Both the position numbers and the translations under genes were made by a program. A stretch of DNA of 64,000 bases from Candidatus Undinarchaeales archaeon (GTDB lineage Archaea; SpSt-1190; JASMDC01), in assembly GCA_030753015.1 (NCBI GenBank), contig JASMDC010000002.1:64001-128000 (forward strand), in the 5' to 3' direction. The notes under the pieces were generated by a model. That model was not told the DNA's origin. It searched no databases and saw only the letters and a list, made by a program, of their open reading frames with translations. Each line of letters begins with the position of its first letter. The stretch's first letter is position 1. Of this stretch, positions 1-8,937 are shown one piece after another.

Positions 1-2
1 CA

Positions 3-692
3 CATGACGAGGAAGGAGTGCTTGAGGAGATCGTCGAGGCCGTGATAGCGGGTACCTCGGAGCTCGACCGTGAGGTCGTGGTCGTGGACGACGTGTCCTC
101 GGACCGGACCGGTGCCATCGCTGACGAGCTTGCGGTCCGGTACCCCGAGGTCAGAGTTCTCCATCGAACGAAGGACAACTCATTCGGTAATGCCCTACGA
201 CATGGGCTGGCGAACGCAGAGGGAGAGGTTGTTATCCCCGTGATGGCCGACATGTGCGACGATGTGGCTACCATCTCCCGCATGGCTAAAGTAGCAGAGG
301 AAACAGGAGTGGCCTTTGTGGTGGGCTCCCGGTACATGCCGGGTGGAGGCACTGTGGACCAGCCGAGGCTCAAGGGGTTGTTCTCACACACCTACTCGAG
401 GATCTACTCGTTGATGTCGGGACACGCCATCACCGATATAACCAACGCCTTCAAGGCCTACCGGCGCGACGCTATCGAAGGGCTAGATCTTGATTCGGAC
501 TGGTTCGATATCTCGGTGGAGATCCCGTCACGCATCCTTTTCGAGCGTAGTGGCGACTTCCGTGAGGTGCCGACGATCTGGACTGGACGCGCTGTCGGTG
601 AGAGCAAGTTCAAGTTGTTCACCATGGGTAAGAATTACGTGCGCTGGCTCATCTTCGTCCTCCGTCATCGGTTCAGTGGTCGGTCGCGATGA
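3..692 (+). CDS. Glycosyltransferase family 2 (dolichol-phosphate mannosyltransferase-like), 5'-truncated at window edge
   Basis: VVVVDDVSSDRT, VIPVMAD, FVVGSRYMPGG and DITNAFKAYRR motifs; the frame is open to the window start (H-D-E-E). Confidence 0.85.
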   Translation, partial: HDEEGVLEEIVEAVIAGTSELDREVVVVDDVSSDRTGAIADELAVRYPEVRVLHRTKDNSFGNALRHGLANAEGEVVIPVMADMCDDVATISRMAKVAEETGVAFVVGSRYMPGGGTVDQPRLKGLFSHTYSRIYSLMSGHAITDITNAFKAYRRDAIEGLDLDSDWFDISVEIPSRILFERSGDFREVPTIWTGRAVGESKFKLFTMGKNYVRWLIFVLRHRFSGRSR

Positions 693-1465
693 TCGCGCTC
701 AAGCTGTTCTATAACGGAGAGGGATTTCATGGTTCACAGGTGCAACCCGAGGTACGAACCGTCGCGGGCGAGCTTGAGCGAGCGCTCGCATCCCTGGGTG
801 CGACACAACGGGTACGGCTGGCATCGCGCACGGACCGGGGCGTCTCGGCCCTAGAACAGGTGGCCTGCTTTGAGCCTCCATCAGAAGGATTCCATCCAGG
901 TGCTCTCAACGACCGCCTCCCCGACGATATCTGGGTATGGTCCTGGGCCGATGTCGATGAGAGCTTCAGGCCACGACACGCAACCGGTAAAGAGTACGTG
1001 TACGTCCATCCGGCACGGCTCGACGCTGACGCTGCACTCAAAGCAGCGACCATGCTCAAGGGGGAGCACGACTTCACCAATCTCAGCCGTCATGATGACC
1101 GCAGCACTCTCCGGACCCTGGATACAGTGGATGTGACGACCGGTGACTGCACGGTGTTCACGTTCCGGGCCTCGTCCTTCCTCCACGAGATGGTGCGTCG
1201 GTGCGTTACTTTGCTGGCCCGTGTTGGGGGTGGTGAGGCGGGCATTGACGCTGTGGCACGGGCGCTCGATCCTGATGCGACGGTGAATATCCCTCCAGCT
1301 GATCCACGCTGGCTCTACCTTTCCCGTATCTGGTACCGGGATGAGCCCGTGTGGCGTGATTTCGGGCCCGGTCGAGAAGCGGTGCGACGTTTCGTCCGTC
1401 GGATGGCGGAGGAGGCACGAGCACGACAGGGATTAGCGGGATTGGTGCTCTCTCGACTGGATTAG
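689..1465 (+). CDS. truA: tRNA pseudouridine(38-40) synthase
   Basis: YNGEGFHGSQVQP, ASRTDRGVSA with catalytic Asp, GEHDFTNL and SFLHEMVR. Confidence 0.9.
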   Translation: MIALKLFYNGEGFHGSQVQPEVRTVAGELERALASLGATQRVRLASRTDRGVSALEQVACFEPPSEGFHPGALNDRLPDDIWVWSWADVDESFRPRHATGKEYVYVHPARLDADAALKAATMLKGEHDFTNLSRHDDRSTLRTLDTVDVTTGDCTVFTFRASSFLHEMVRRCVTLLARVGGGEAGIDAVARALDPDATVNIPPADPRWLYLSRIWYRDEPVWRDFGPGREAVRRFVRRMAEEARARQGLAGLVLSRLD

Positions 1466-2181
1466 GGCTCCTGGCGTGGTGGCGAGAGCACTCCCTGGGC
1501 GAGGTCGGAGATGTTCCCGACCGTGCGTACACGGATCCCTGGGCATGCTTCAGCAACGGGAAGGTCGCGCTGGACGAGGCGGACCTGGCCGGTCACAGGA
1601 TCCTGGCGTTCTTCCCATGTGACGACCTGGGCGTTCTCCTCGGCAACCCACAGCTCGCGCAGTCCTGCATCCAGGACCGCAGCGCACTTCGACGGGAGCT
1701 GAGCAACGCCCATGAGCGATCCGTCAGGGCGCACACCCGCGCTCACCGTGGTCCCCTCCCGCGGAACAGTACCATTGATAGCACAGGTCATGAGCAGGGC
1801 GAGGGCTGCACCGCCAGACCGCCCCACGAGCGAGGCGTTGTGGTCCGTTTCGACCGTCACACCCCTCTCTTCGAGTGAAGCGGACAGTAAAGTGCTCGCC
1901 ACGATCCGTGCCGAGTTGAACGCCTCTAGGAACGCCTCGTCGCCCGTGACGTCCACACTGTCCGTGTCGGAATCCGTCCGAACGCTGACCGTGAGCGAGA
2001 TCATCATCCCCTCTACTGGTGTGTTCTCCTTGAGGATGACGCCCGGGATCCCCAGAGTGCAGGAGCGGGAAGTTATCGGAGCTCCTGAGGACGGACCGGG
2101 CGAGCTACTGAGACACCCGACGACGAGCAAGCAAAGAGAGAGGACGACTGAGGTACTATGTCCGCACGCGGGGAGGATCAT
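1462..2181 (-). CDS. Putative lipoprotein with stand-alone Lon-type (S16) protease domain
   Basis: Signal peptide ending VVGCL; GRSGGAAL Ser followed exactly 43 residues later by Lys (QLPSK), the Lon dyad spacing. Confidence 0.7.
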   Translation of the reverse strand: MILPACGHSTSVVLSLCLLVVGCLSSSPGPSSGAPITSRSCTLGIPGVILKENTPVEGMMISLTVSVRTDSDTDSVDVTGDEAFLEAFNSARIVASTLLSASLEERGVTVETDHNASLVGRSGGAALALLMTCAINGTVPREGTTVSAGVRPDGSLMGVAQLPSKCAAVLDAGLRELWVAEENAQVVTWEERQDPVTGQVRLVQRDLPVAEACPGIRVRTVGNISDLAQGVLSPPRQEP

Positions 2182-2606
2182 TCTTGATCCACCGGACCGC
2201 TCTTCTCAGGATCCGCGGACTTCTTAAGGCGCTCGTCCCCGGATTCCACATCCTTTTCGTCCATACCATCACCCTTCTCGATAATAACGCGGGTCAGCTC
2301 AGCGGCCGCAGAGTACAGCTCATTGATCCTCTCGCTAGTCGTCGTGAGGCCGAGCCAGCGCATCGTGCTCCGAGAAACGCAGACGAGCCCGAAAGAGACA
2401 GGGACGGTGAGCACAACAGCATAGTCGCTCTGGGACGCGCCCTCCCAAAGGGTAAAGTACGCGAGCATCCCTGTGCTGAACACCGCCATCTCAGCCCACT
2501 CCCACCCGTGTCGGAGGAAGCCAATACTGCGGTTCGCGAAGATGTAACCGAAGAACATCCCGGTCATCCAGCCGAGGACGAAGATAAAAGTCGCACCGAA
2601 GAACAT
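2178..2606 (-). CDS. Hypothetical membrane protein (about 3 TM helices)
   Basis: Hydrophobic segments; 9 nt downstream of srp54 and overlapping the next start (ATGA). Confidence 0.6.
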   Translation of the reverse strand: MFFGATFIFVLGWMTGMFFGYIFANRSIGFLRHGWEWAEMAVFSTGMLAYFTLWEGASQSDYAVVLTVPVSFGLVCVSRSTMRWLGLTTTSERINELYSAAAELTRVIIEKGDGMDEKDVESGDERLKKSADPEKSGPVDQE

Positions 2607-2615
2607 CGGCCATCC

Positions 2616-3965
2616 CTAGCCAAGACCGGGGAATCCGCCACCGCCCAGCTGCTTCATGACTTTTGACATATCCCCGCGGAACCGGCGCTTCTTCATCATT
2701 TTGATGAGCTTCTTGGACTGGTTGAAGTGGTTCACCAGTTCTTTGATCTCTTCGACCTTGGTTCCTGATCCTTGTGCGACGCGCTCCATTCGGGACCTGT
2801 TCAGGCGCTTTGGTTCCCGCAGCTCGTCGACGGTCATGGAGTCGAGGATGAAGCGGTACTTTTCCAGCTTCTCCTCGCTAGCGGAGAGCAGTTCGTCGGG
2901 AAGCTGGGCGCCGCCCATGCCCAGGAGCTCGAACACCTGCTTCAGGGGACCCATGCTCCGGGCGGCCTCCAGCTGGTCGTAGAACTCCACCAGCGTGTAG
3001 TCGCCCTTCATAAACGCCTCGGGATCCAGCTCGGTCTCCTCAACGGCCTCTTTTGCTTTTTCCAGCAGGGTGCTTATGTCCCCCATTCCTAGGAGGCGTG
3101 AGACGAACTTGGCAGGATCGAAGAGTTCCAGATCCTGGGGAAACTCGCCCGTACCGATGAACTTGACCGGTGCATCGGTGACGGAACACGCCGACAGTGC
3201 ACCTCCACCTTTTGCTGTACCATCGAGCTTCGTGATGACCACTCCGGTGACGCCCACGTTCTCGTGGAAGGCCTGGGCCTGGGCCCGGGCACCTTGGCCG
3301 ATGTCCCCCGAGAGCACCAGGAGTACCTCATGAGGCTTGAATTTGATGTTCAGGGCCTTGACCTCGGAGATGAGAGCGCTGTCCAGGCCGTCGCGGCCAG
3401 CGGTATCGACGATGATGACGTCGTACTTGTCGTCGAAGTGCTCCAGACCCTCGTTGAGGATGCGGACGGGATCGTCCGCCTTCGGATCACCGAACACAGG
3501 TACATCGATCTTCTTGCCCAGCTGGGCCAGCTGCTCGTAGGCTGCAGGTCGCCAGGTGTCCGTGCCGATGATGCACGAGGCAAGTCCCTTCTTCTTGAAG
3601 TAGAGCGCGAGCTTGGAACAGGTCGTGGTCTTGCCCGAACCGAAGAGACCGAGGAGCATGATGCGCATAGGGCGGTGCCGGAGGTTGATGTCGGGCGAGG
3701 TCCCTAGGAAGGTGACCAGCTCCTCGTAGAGGACGTTGATGATGTGCTCGCGCTTGGAGAGCGTACCGGCGGGCGGTTTCTCGAGGGCTTTCTCCTTGAT
3801 GGAGGTGGTCAGGGAGAGCACGAGCTTGATATCAACATCGGACATGATCAGCGCACGTTGGATGTCACGCACAATCTCTTCGATGAAAGCCTCATCGATC
3901 CAGGAGGACTTAGCCACCTTTTGCATGACGGCGCGTAGTGATGATCCCAGGTTGTCCAGTACCAA
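2616..3965 (-). CDS. srp54: Signal recognition particle protein Srp54
   Basis: GLFGSGKTTT, DTWRPAA, DTAGR, TKLDGTAKGGG and a Met-rich M domain; TTG start. Confidence 0.97.
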   Translation of the reverse strand: MVLDNLGSSLRAVMQKVAKSSWIDEAFIEEIVRDIQRALIMSDVDIKLVLSLTTSIKEKALEKPPAGTLSKREHIINVLYEELVTFLGTSPDINLRHRPMRIMLLGLFGSGKTTTCSKLALYFKKKGLASCIIGTDTWRPAAYEQLAQLGKKIDVPVFGDPKADDPVRILNEGLEHFDDKYDVIIVDTAGRDGLDSALISEVKALNIKFKPHEVLLVLSGDIGQGARAQAQAFHENVGVTGVVITKLDGTAKGGGALSACSVTDAPVKFIGTGEFPQDLELFDPAKFVSRLLGMGDISTLLEKAKEAVEETELDPEAFMKGDYTLVEFYDQLEAARSMGPLKQVFELLGMGGAQLPDELLSASEEKLEKYRFILDSMTVDELREPKRLNRSRMERVAQGSGTKVEEIKELVNHFNQSKKLIKMMKKRRFRGDMSKVMKQLGGGGFPGLG

Positions 3966-3966
3966 T

Positions 3967-4887
3967 TTACTCCTCCTCCTCCTCTTGTGTCGTTGAAGTT
4001 ATCTGTTCGATGAACCACTGGGGATCGAAGGATTCCAGGTCCTCATACTCCTGGCCTGTCCCGATGAACACGATCGGGCTACGCGTGACGTACGAGATGG
4101 AGAGCGAGGAGCCTCCTTTGGCATCAACGTCCACCTTGGTGAGCACGATACCATCGATGCCTACCTTCTCCTTGAAGGTCTTGGCCTGCTCGACGGCGTC
4201 GTTGCCCGTGAGCGCGTCGCCGACGAACATCACGAAGTCGGGGTGGTTCACTCGGATGATCTTCTCCAGTTCGTCCATGAGGTTGACGTTCGTCTGGATA
4301 CGGCCCGCGGTGTCCACCAGCACTACATCGATGCCCTTGGCCTCAGCGTGGCGAATGGCGTCGAAGCATACAGCGGCGGCGTCAGCCCCGTAGTCGTGCT
4401 TTATGACCCGTATGCCCAGGTTACGGCCGTGGACCTCCAGCTGCTCTAGAGCGGCGGCCCTGAACGTGTCGGCCGCGGCGAACACGACGCTTTTACCATT
4501 ATCCATGAGGAAACGGCCCACCTTGGCGATGGATGTTGTCTTGCCGGTGCCGTTGATACCAACGAACATGACGATGAATGGTTGCTTCTTCCCGGTCTCG
4601 GAAATAAAGTCCAGTGGACGGTCCAGGCTCTCGGTAATGACGTCCACTAGGGCCCGCTGCACGCTCTCGATAATGGCACCCCGGCGGATTCGGCTCCCTA
4701 CAAGAGATCCTCGGACCTCATCACACACCCGCTCGGCCACTTCGAGAGCGACATCGTTCTCGAGGAGTGCCATCTGGAGCTCCCAGAGCGGATCAGCGAG
4801 ATCCTGCTCACTGACCTCCTTGTCAAGGACCACCGAGGAGAATCCCGAGACGACCTTGTCGAGCTTGGAGCGGAGCGAGGCGAACAC
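3967..4887 (-). CDS. ftsY: SRP receptor FtsY
   Basis: GINGTGKTTSIAK, DTFRAAALEQL, DTAGR and TKVDVDAKGG. Confidence 0.97.
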   Translation of the reverse strand: MFASLRSKLDKVVSGFSSVVLDKEVSEQDLADPLWELQMALLENDVALEVAERVCDEVRGSLVGSRIRRGAIIESVQRALVDVITESLDRPLDFISETGKKQPFIVMFVGINGTGKTTSIAKVGRFLMDNGKSVVFAAADTFRAAALEQLEVHGRNLGIRVIKHDYGADAAAVCFDAIRHAEAKGIDVVLVDTAGRIQTNVNLMDELEKIIRVNHPDFVMFVGDALTGNDAVEQAKTFKEKVGIDGIVLTKVDVDAKGGSSLSISYVTRSPIVFIGTGQEYEDLESFDPQWFIEQITSTTQEEEEE

Positions 4888-4899
4888 TTTGCTCAGCCG

Positions 4900-5331
4900 T
4901 TAGACCTGCTCGTCGGCCTTGATGGCCGTGGCCATGGACTGGATGTCCTTCTGGAGCATCTCCATGGCCTGCGAGATCTTCTTGAGGTTATTCTCGATGG
5001 TCGAGCGGTTATTCTCAAGACGGTCGAGATGGCCTTGGAGGATCTTCTTGCTGTCCTTGGTGCTCTTGCGCATCACGATGTTCGCACCTACGTGGACCAG
5101 CACGTTCTTGCGGTCTGATACGTTCGCACGGACGTACACATCAGGTCCTAGTGGTACGAGCACTCCCTTGTCGATGGCATTCATCTCATCGAGCGCTACC
5201 TTCGTGGTGGTGAGCTCGGAGAGGCTCTCGAGCACTATAGTGAGCTGTTCTTGGAAGCCCTGAGCCTGGTTCTTGAGGAGCTCGAGCTCGAGCAGCTTTT
5301 CTTGGAGCGCTCGCTTCTGCTCATCGTTCAT
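4900..5331 (-). CDS. pfdA: Prefoldin subunit alpha
   Basis: Coiled coils flanking the VLVPLG..VYV..VLVHVGANI hairpins; conserved operon position. Confidence 0.93.
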   Translation of the reverse strand: MNDEQKRALQEKLLELELLKNQAQGFQEQLTIVLESLSELTTTKVALDEMNAIDKGVLVPLGPDVYVRANVSDRKNVLVHVGANIVMRKSTKDSKKILQGHLDRLENNRSTIENNLKKISQAMEMLQKDIQSMATAIKADEQV

Positions 5332-5510
5332 TGCTCATCCACCTTGGTGATCGCATCGATGTTGATGGCAGTGCGCTTGGTCTTGTGCTTGCTCCCCAGA
5401 AGGGAGTAGACGAGCTCTTTGGCGTCGTCCTTGTTCTCGGCGGTCACCGTCTTGGTGAACGGCATGACGTTGCGTCCCATCCGGAACGAACCTTTCACGG
5501 AATATTGCAT
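5328..5510 (-). CDS. rpl18a: 50S ribosomal protein L18Ae (LX)
   Basis: FTKTV.AEN..DAKELVYSLLGSKHKTKR..I motif; start taken at MQYSVKG. Confidence 0.92.
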   Translation of the reverse strand: MQYSVKGSFRMGRNVMPFTKTVTAENKDDAKELVYSLLGSKHKTKRTAINIDAITKVDEQ

Positions 5511-5528
5511 GTCATCTACCTCCAATGA

Positions 5529-6197
5529 TCATATGAACCCGAGTGCTTCGTCGATACGCGCGAGCTCCGGTCCGGTCGTTTCTTTTCCCACTATGAATCC
5601 AGTGCTATTGGCCAGGAGCCCCGTCCCCACATAAGGGGAACCGCGGTTCACTGAGCCGATCTCCACGGGCACTTTCATGATCTTCTCGATAAGGTCCAGG
5701 TCCTTGTCCGCAGCGTCCGGGGAAACGATGACTCCTCGGTTCGTGGCACAGGCCAGCGAGCCGATGAGGGGTACGCTCGAAATGGGACTGGTCGTGATCT
5801 TGACGCTGAGAGTGTCCCGGATCGTGTCCAGGGCAGAGCCCTCTATCCGGGGATCCACAAGTGCAGTGCTATCGTTGACGAGCATGAGGTTGCCCAGAGC
5901 GGTGAACTCGCTCGGCACCACTCCCACTTCCACCTTGAGCCGTGATCGTAGGCCCTCGATCTCACGTTCTTTGGTGATGGACGGTACGAGGACGCCGTTG
6001 GAATTCGCGACACAGAACAATCCCAAGAGAGGGGAGTTGGACACGATGGTCGGCATTACTGGTACGTCGAGGGTCTTCTTCAGGGTCTTTATCACTCGTG
6101 CTTTCAGATTCGTAGGCACGAGAGTGTAGGCATCAGTGCACAGAGCGAAAATCCCGATGTAATCGCTGTTGTTGATCTGGACCTTCGCCACGTGCAC
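5529..6197 (-). CDS. eif6: Translation initiation factor aIF-6
   Basis: IGIF, GNLMLVND, GSVNRGSPYVGTG and TTGPELARIDEALGF. Confidence 0.96.
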   Translation of the reverse strand: MHVAKVQINNSDYIGIFALCTDAYTLVPTNLKARVIKTLKKTLDVPVMPTIVSNSPLLGLFCVANSNGVLVPSITKEREIEGLRSRLKVEVGVVPSEFTALGNLMLVNDSTALVDPRIEGSALDTIRDTLSVKITTSPISSVPLIGSLACATNRGVIVSPDAADKDLDLIEKIMKVPVEIGSVNRGSPYVGTGLLANSTGFIVGKETTGPELARIDEALGFI

Positions 6198-6221
6198 TGG
6201 ACCATCACGCTCCCCGGAGGA

Positions 6222-6854
6222 CTACTCCTTCGCTTCCTTCTTCTCGGCCTTGGGCTTATCCTCGGCCTTCTTGGTAGGTGCCTTCTTCTCGGCCTTGGGC
6301 TTATCCTCGGTCTTCTTGGCAGGTGCCTTCTTCTCGGCCTTGGGTTTATCCTCGGTCTTCTTGGCAGGTGCCTTCTTCTCGACCTTGGGCTTGTCCTCGG
6401 TCTTCTTGGCAGGCGCCTTCTTCTCGGCCTTGGGGACAGCCTTGACTTCCTTGTCGACCTCGGCCTCAAGGGCCTCGGCCATCTCCTCCGATCCGGCGAG
6501 CATCTCCTCTGCGGACACAGCCTCGGCGACGGGCTCAATACCCACCTCCTCGGGTGCCTCGGGCGCTTCCTCGGCTTCAGGCTTCACCTCGGGGAAGCGG
6601 ATGTCGATACCCATGAGCTCGGCACGCACCTGACCCTCGTCATTCTTGATAGTGTGGATGCGGATGCGGGGAGGGATACGCGTGATACCGTTCTTCCACA
6701 CGAGGTCGTTTATCGAGGCGCCGATATAGACATCGTCGGACTTCATGTGGCGCGTGAGGAACTGGCGGATGATCCTGATAGCCTTTGGAGCACGCTTCGT
6801 GGTCGGGGCACGCTTGGCCTTGGCGAGCGGAATCGTGTAGACACGGTCTAGCAT
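6222..6854 (-). CDS. rpl31e: 50S ribosomal protein L31e with long acidic and K/E/A/P repeat tail
   Basis: RVYTIPL, KRAPKAI..IRQFLTRHMK and PPRIRI; about 125 aa low-complexity extension. Confidence 0.93.
   Translation of the reverse strand: MLDRVYTIPLAKAKRAPTTKRAPKAIRIIRQFLTRHMKSDDVYIGASINDLVWKNGITRIPPRIRIHTIKNDEGQVRAELMGIDIRFPEVKPEAEEAPEAPEEVGIEPVAEAVSAEEMLAGSEEMAEALEAEVDKEVKAVPKAEKKAPAKKTEDKPKVEKKAPAKKTEDKPKAEKKAPAKKTEDKPKAEKKAPTKKAEDKPKAEKKEAKE
6236..6434. repeat. 45-nt tandem coding repeat (about 4.3 copies) encoding PKAEKKAPAKKTEDK
   Basis: Unit ttctcggccttgggc... starts at 6241, 6286, 6331, 6376 and 6421. Confidence 0.9.
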
Positions 6855-6866
6855 TTCATCCCCCTC

Positions 6867-7016
6867 CTAGATCTTGGCGTTACTGATGCGCCAGTGGTGC
6901 CGCTTCGGGTGGTCACGCACCCTGCGTCGGGTCTTCACCACGACCCACAAGGGGACGCGCTTGTTCTGTCGAGCGTATCGTGCATATCTGAGCTTTCTAG
7001 CATGTGGTTCAGCCAT
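6867..7016 (-). CDS. rpl39e: 50S ribosomal protein L39e
   Basis: MAEPHARKLRYARYARQNKRVPLWVVVKT...HPKRHHWR; 49 aa. Confidence 0.93.
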   Translation of the reverse strand: MAEPHARKLRYARYARQNKRVPLWVVVKTRRRVRDHPKRHHWRISNAKI

Positions 7017-7608
7017 TGTTAGACCTCCATCCGATGATCTTGGATTGAACATGAACGGGGAAGAGCGTCGAGGGGTTGTGGCCAAGCTCCGTGAGTCGGG
7101 CGCGGACCTCGCGCTCGTAGTCGCCGATGAGAAGGGACGTGCCCTCCTCGTACTGGAAAAGTCGGTCGGCCAGTCGCCGTACCGTGCGGTGGCCCATCCC
7201 GATAAGCGGCGCCCAGTACTCAGTGCCGTGTCGGTCCTCGAGACTGCGCATCTCTGCAGGGGTGAGCTTTGGTGTGATATCGTCGCGGCGCGTGCCATCG
7301 GCGATAATGGCGGTGTTCGGGGCGAGCGTCTCTACAACCGCAAGGTGGAGCTGCCTCAGCCCCTCCCGTGGCCGTCCGTCGGCCACGATGCGCTCGCACG
7401 CCTGGTCGAGGAGCTTCCTATCGAGCTCGATATGACGGTGGGCGAATCCGAGCGATGCCGCCGCGTGCTCCGCCTCACGCCAAGCGTCAGTGATCCCGAA
7501 GGATACTGTCGTACAGGTGACGTCGAATCCTGCGTTCTGTAGAAGATGGGCTGTCAATGAGGAGTCCTTACCTCCACTGAAGAGCACAATGGCCTCGTCA
7601 CCGCTCAT
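7009..7608 (-). CDS. PP-loop ATPase-like protein conserved in archaeal r-protein operons
   Basis: VLFSGGKDSS PP-loop and DGTRRDD; conserved neighbourhood. Confidence 0.85.
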   Translation of the reverse strand: MSGDEAIVLFSGGKDSSLTAHLLQNAGFDVTCTTVSFGITDAWREAEHAAASLGFAHRHIELDRKLLDQACERIVADGRPREGLRQLHLAVVETLAPNTAIIADGTRRDDITPKLTPAEMRSLEDRHGTEYWAPLIGMGHRTVRRLADRLFQYEEGTSLLIGDYEREVRARLTELGHNPSTLFPVHVQSKIIGWRSNNG

Positions 7609-7952
7609 TTTATGATCCGGTACTCCTTCTTGTTTGCGCCTCTGATCTTCTTGATGATGGTAAGGAGGGCCTTCTCGTCAACCTTCCCGGTGATCTGGCG
7701 ACTTTGGATGAGCTGGATGAGCACGACCTCGACCTGTTCAACGAAGTCTGGACGAGCAATTCGGATCCGGCCGAGGCGTTCGCGTGCTTCCTCGGTGAGC
7801 ATCTTGAGAAAGAGCGTCCGCTTGAGCTCATCGAATTGCTGTCGCTGGGCATCATCATCCATTTGCTGTTGCAGTTGGGCATTGGCATCCAGCTCCTGTT
7901 TTTGACGAAGATACTCCTGCAGTTTTCGCCGACGTATCTCCTCGAGATCGAT
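7605..7952 (-). CDS. DNA-binding protein, PDCD5/TFAR19 family (probable ATC start)
   Basis: LTEEARERLGRIRIARP..VEQVE..LIQL; conserved N-terminus DLEEIRRRKLQE lies in frame 90 nt upstream of the first ATG. Confidence 0.88.
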   Translation of the reverse strand: MDLEEIRRRKLQEYLRQKQELDANAQLQQQMDDDAQRQQFDELKRTLFLKMLTEEARERLGRIRIARPDFVEQVEVVLIQLIQSRQITGKVDEKALLTIIKKIRGANKKEYRIIK

Positions 7953-7955
7953 CGC

Positions 7956-8378
7956 CTACCCTCCCTTGCTTACCTTGAGGGCCAGGGAATCGAGGAACTT
8001 CTGTCCCTTAGGACTGACGATCCGTCCAGATCCCTTCTTGACTTTCACGTAGCCAGAGCCCTCGAGCTGCTGAAGGATATTTCGGAGGATCTTACCGCCT
8101 GCCTTCTGGAACCTTTCAGGCTTCATCCCCCGGTTCTTCCTGCCGCCGTAGAACGTGCGCAGGCGCTCGACACCGACCGGACCATCAATGTAGATCCGGC
8201 GGAGGATGGAAGCGGCTCTGATCTGCCACCAGTTCTCCTGCTCCGGTCGTCGGGTCTTGTGAGAGCCCGTCTTCACGAACGCGGCCCACGGAGGAGCCAC
8301 GATGTTCTTGTCCTTCTTCAGTTCCTGGGAGAGCTTGAGCGTGAGCCCGGCCGCTGGGACGTCATAAACGGTTACCAT
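7956..8378 (-). CDS. rps19e: 30S ribosomal protein S19e
   Basis: MVTVYDVP, PPWAAFVKTG, RAASILRRIY and LQQLE..GYV. Confidence 0.96.
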   Translation of the reverse strand: MVTVYDVPAAGLTLKLSQELKKDKNIVAPPWAAFVKTGSHKTRRPEQENWWQIRAASILRRIYIDGPVGVERLRTFYGGRKNRGMKPERFQKAGGKILRNILQQLEGSGYVKVKKGSGRIVSPKGQKFLDSLALKVSKGG

Positions 8379-8937
8379 TGACTTCACCCTTGATCAAGAG
8401 TTTTCGCCCGCGCATGTCGACGACCGATACCCCCAACCGCTCCCTTAGGGCGCGGACGAGAACCCAGTCGTGCCTTTCCGCGGGCGGCGTGGTTTTGAGC
8501 TTCACGCTTATTAATGTTGCGGTCGCCGTGTGCCGTTCCAGTTCCCGAATAATGTCTTCTGTAAGCCCCTCGGGACCAATCTCGACGGTCGGAGTCTCGG
8601 GCTGATAGTCGCGTCGCTCCGCCCGCTCCCGAGCAAACGGTAATCGTGTAATGGTGCCGCATCCCAAGCACGTCCGTACGACCCTGCCCCGCTTCACACG
8701 GACACGGGCGGTCTGGCCGTGCACCATCGGAAGATGGCAGGATGTGCAGACGGAGCGTCTGCGCTGGGCTCCGAGGGGGAGAAGATAGCGCATACCTATA
8801 CGACGGGCCAGCCACACGTATCGGCGGGCGAGCTCGGGTGCCTCTCGCACGGTCCTTTTAGCACGGTCGAGCAGGATATCGATGCGCTCGGAGGCCAGCC
8901 GGCGCATCCATTGGGGCTTCCTTCCACCCCGACCCAT
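8362..8937 (-). CDS. rnp4: RNase P protein Rpp21 (Rnp4) fused to a YhbY/CRM-like domain
   Basis: ASERIDIL, ARRYV.LARRI and CTSC...CLGCG Zn ribbon; C-terminal PTVEIGPEGLTEDIIREL...VVDMRGR. Confidence 0.85.
   Translation of the reverse strand: MGRGGRKPQWMRRLASERIDILLDRAKRTVREAPELARRYVWLARRIGMRYLLPLGAQRRRSVCTSCHLPMVHGQTARVRVKRGRVVRTCLGCGTITRLPFARERAERRDYQPETPTVEIGPEGLTEDIIRELERHTATATLISVKLKTTPPAERHDWVLVRALRERLGVSVVDMRGRKLLIKGEVNGNRL

Noticed and set aside
6236-6434. CRISPR-like periodic repeats (also 16075-16317)
   Set aside because: In-frame coding tandem repeats with no unique spacers and no cas genes
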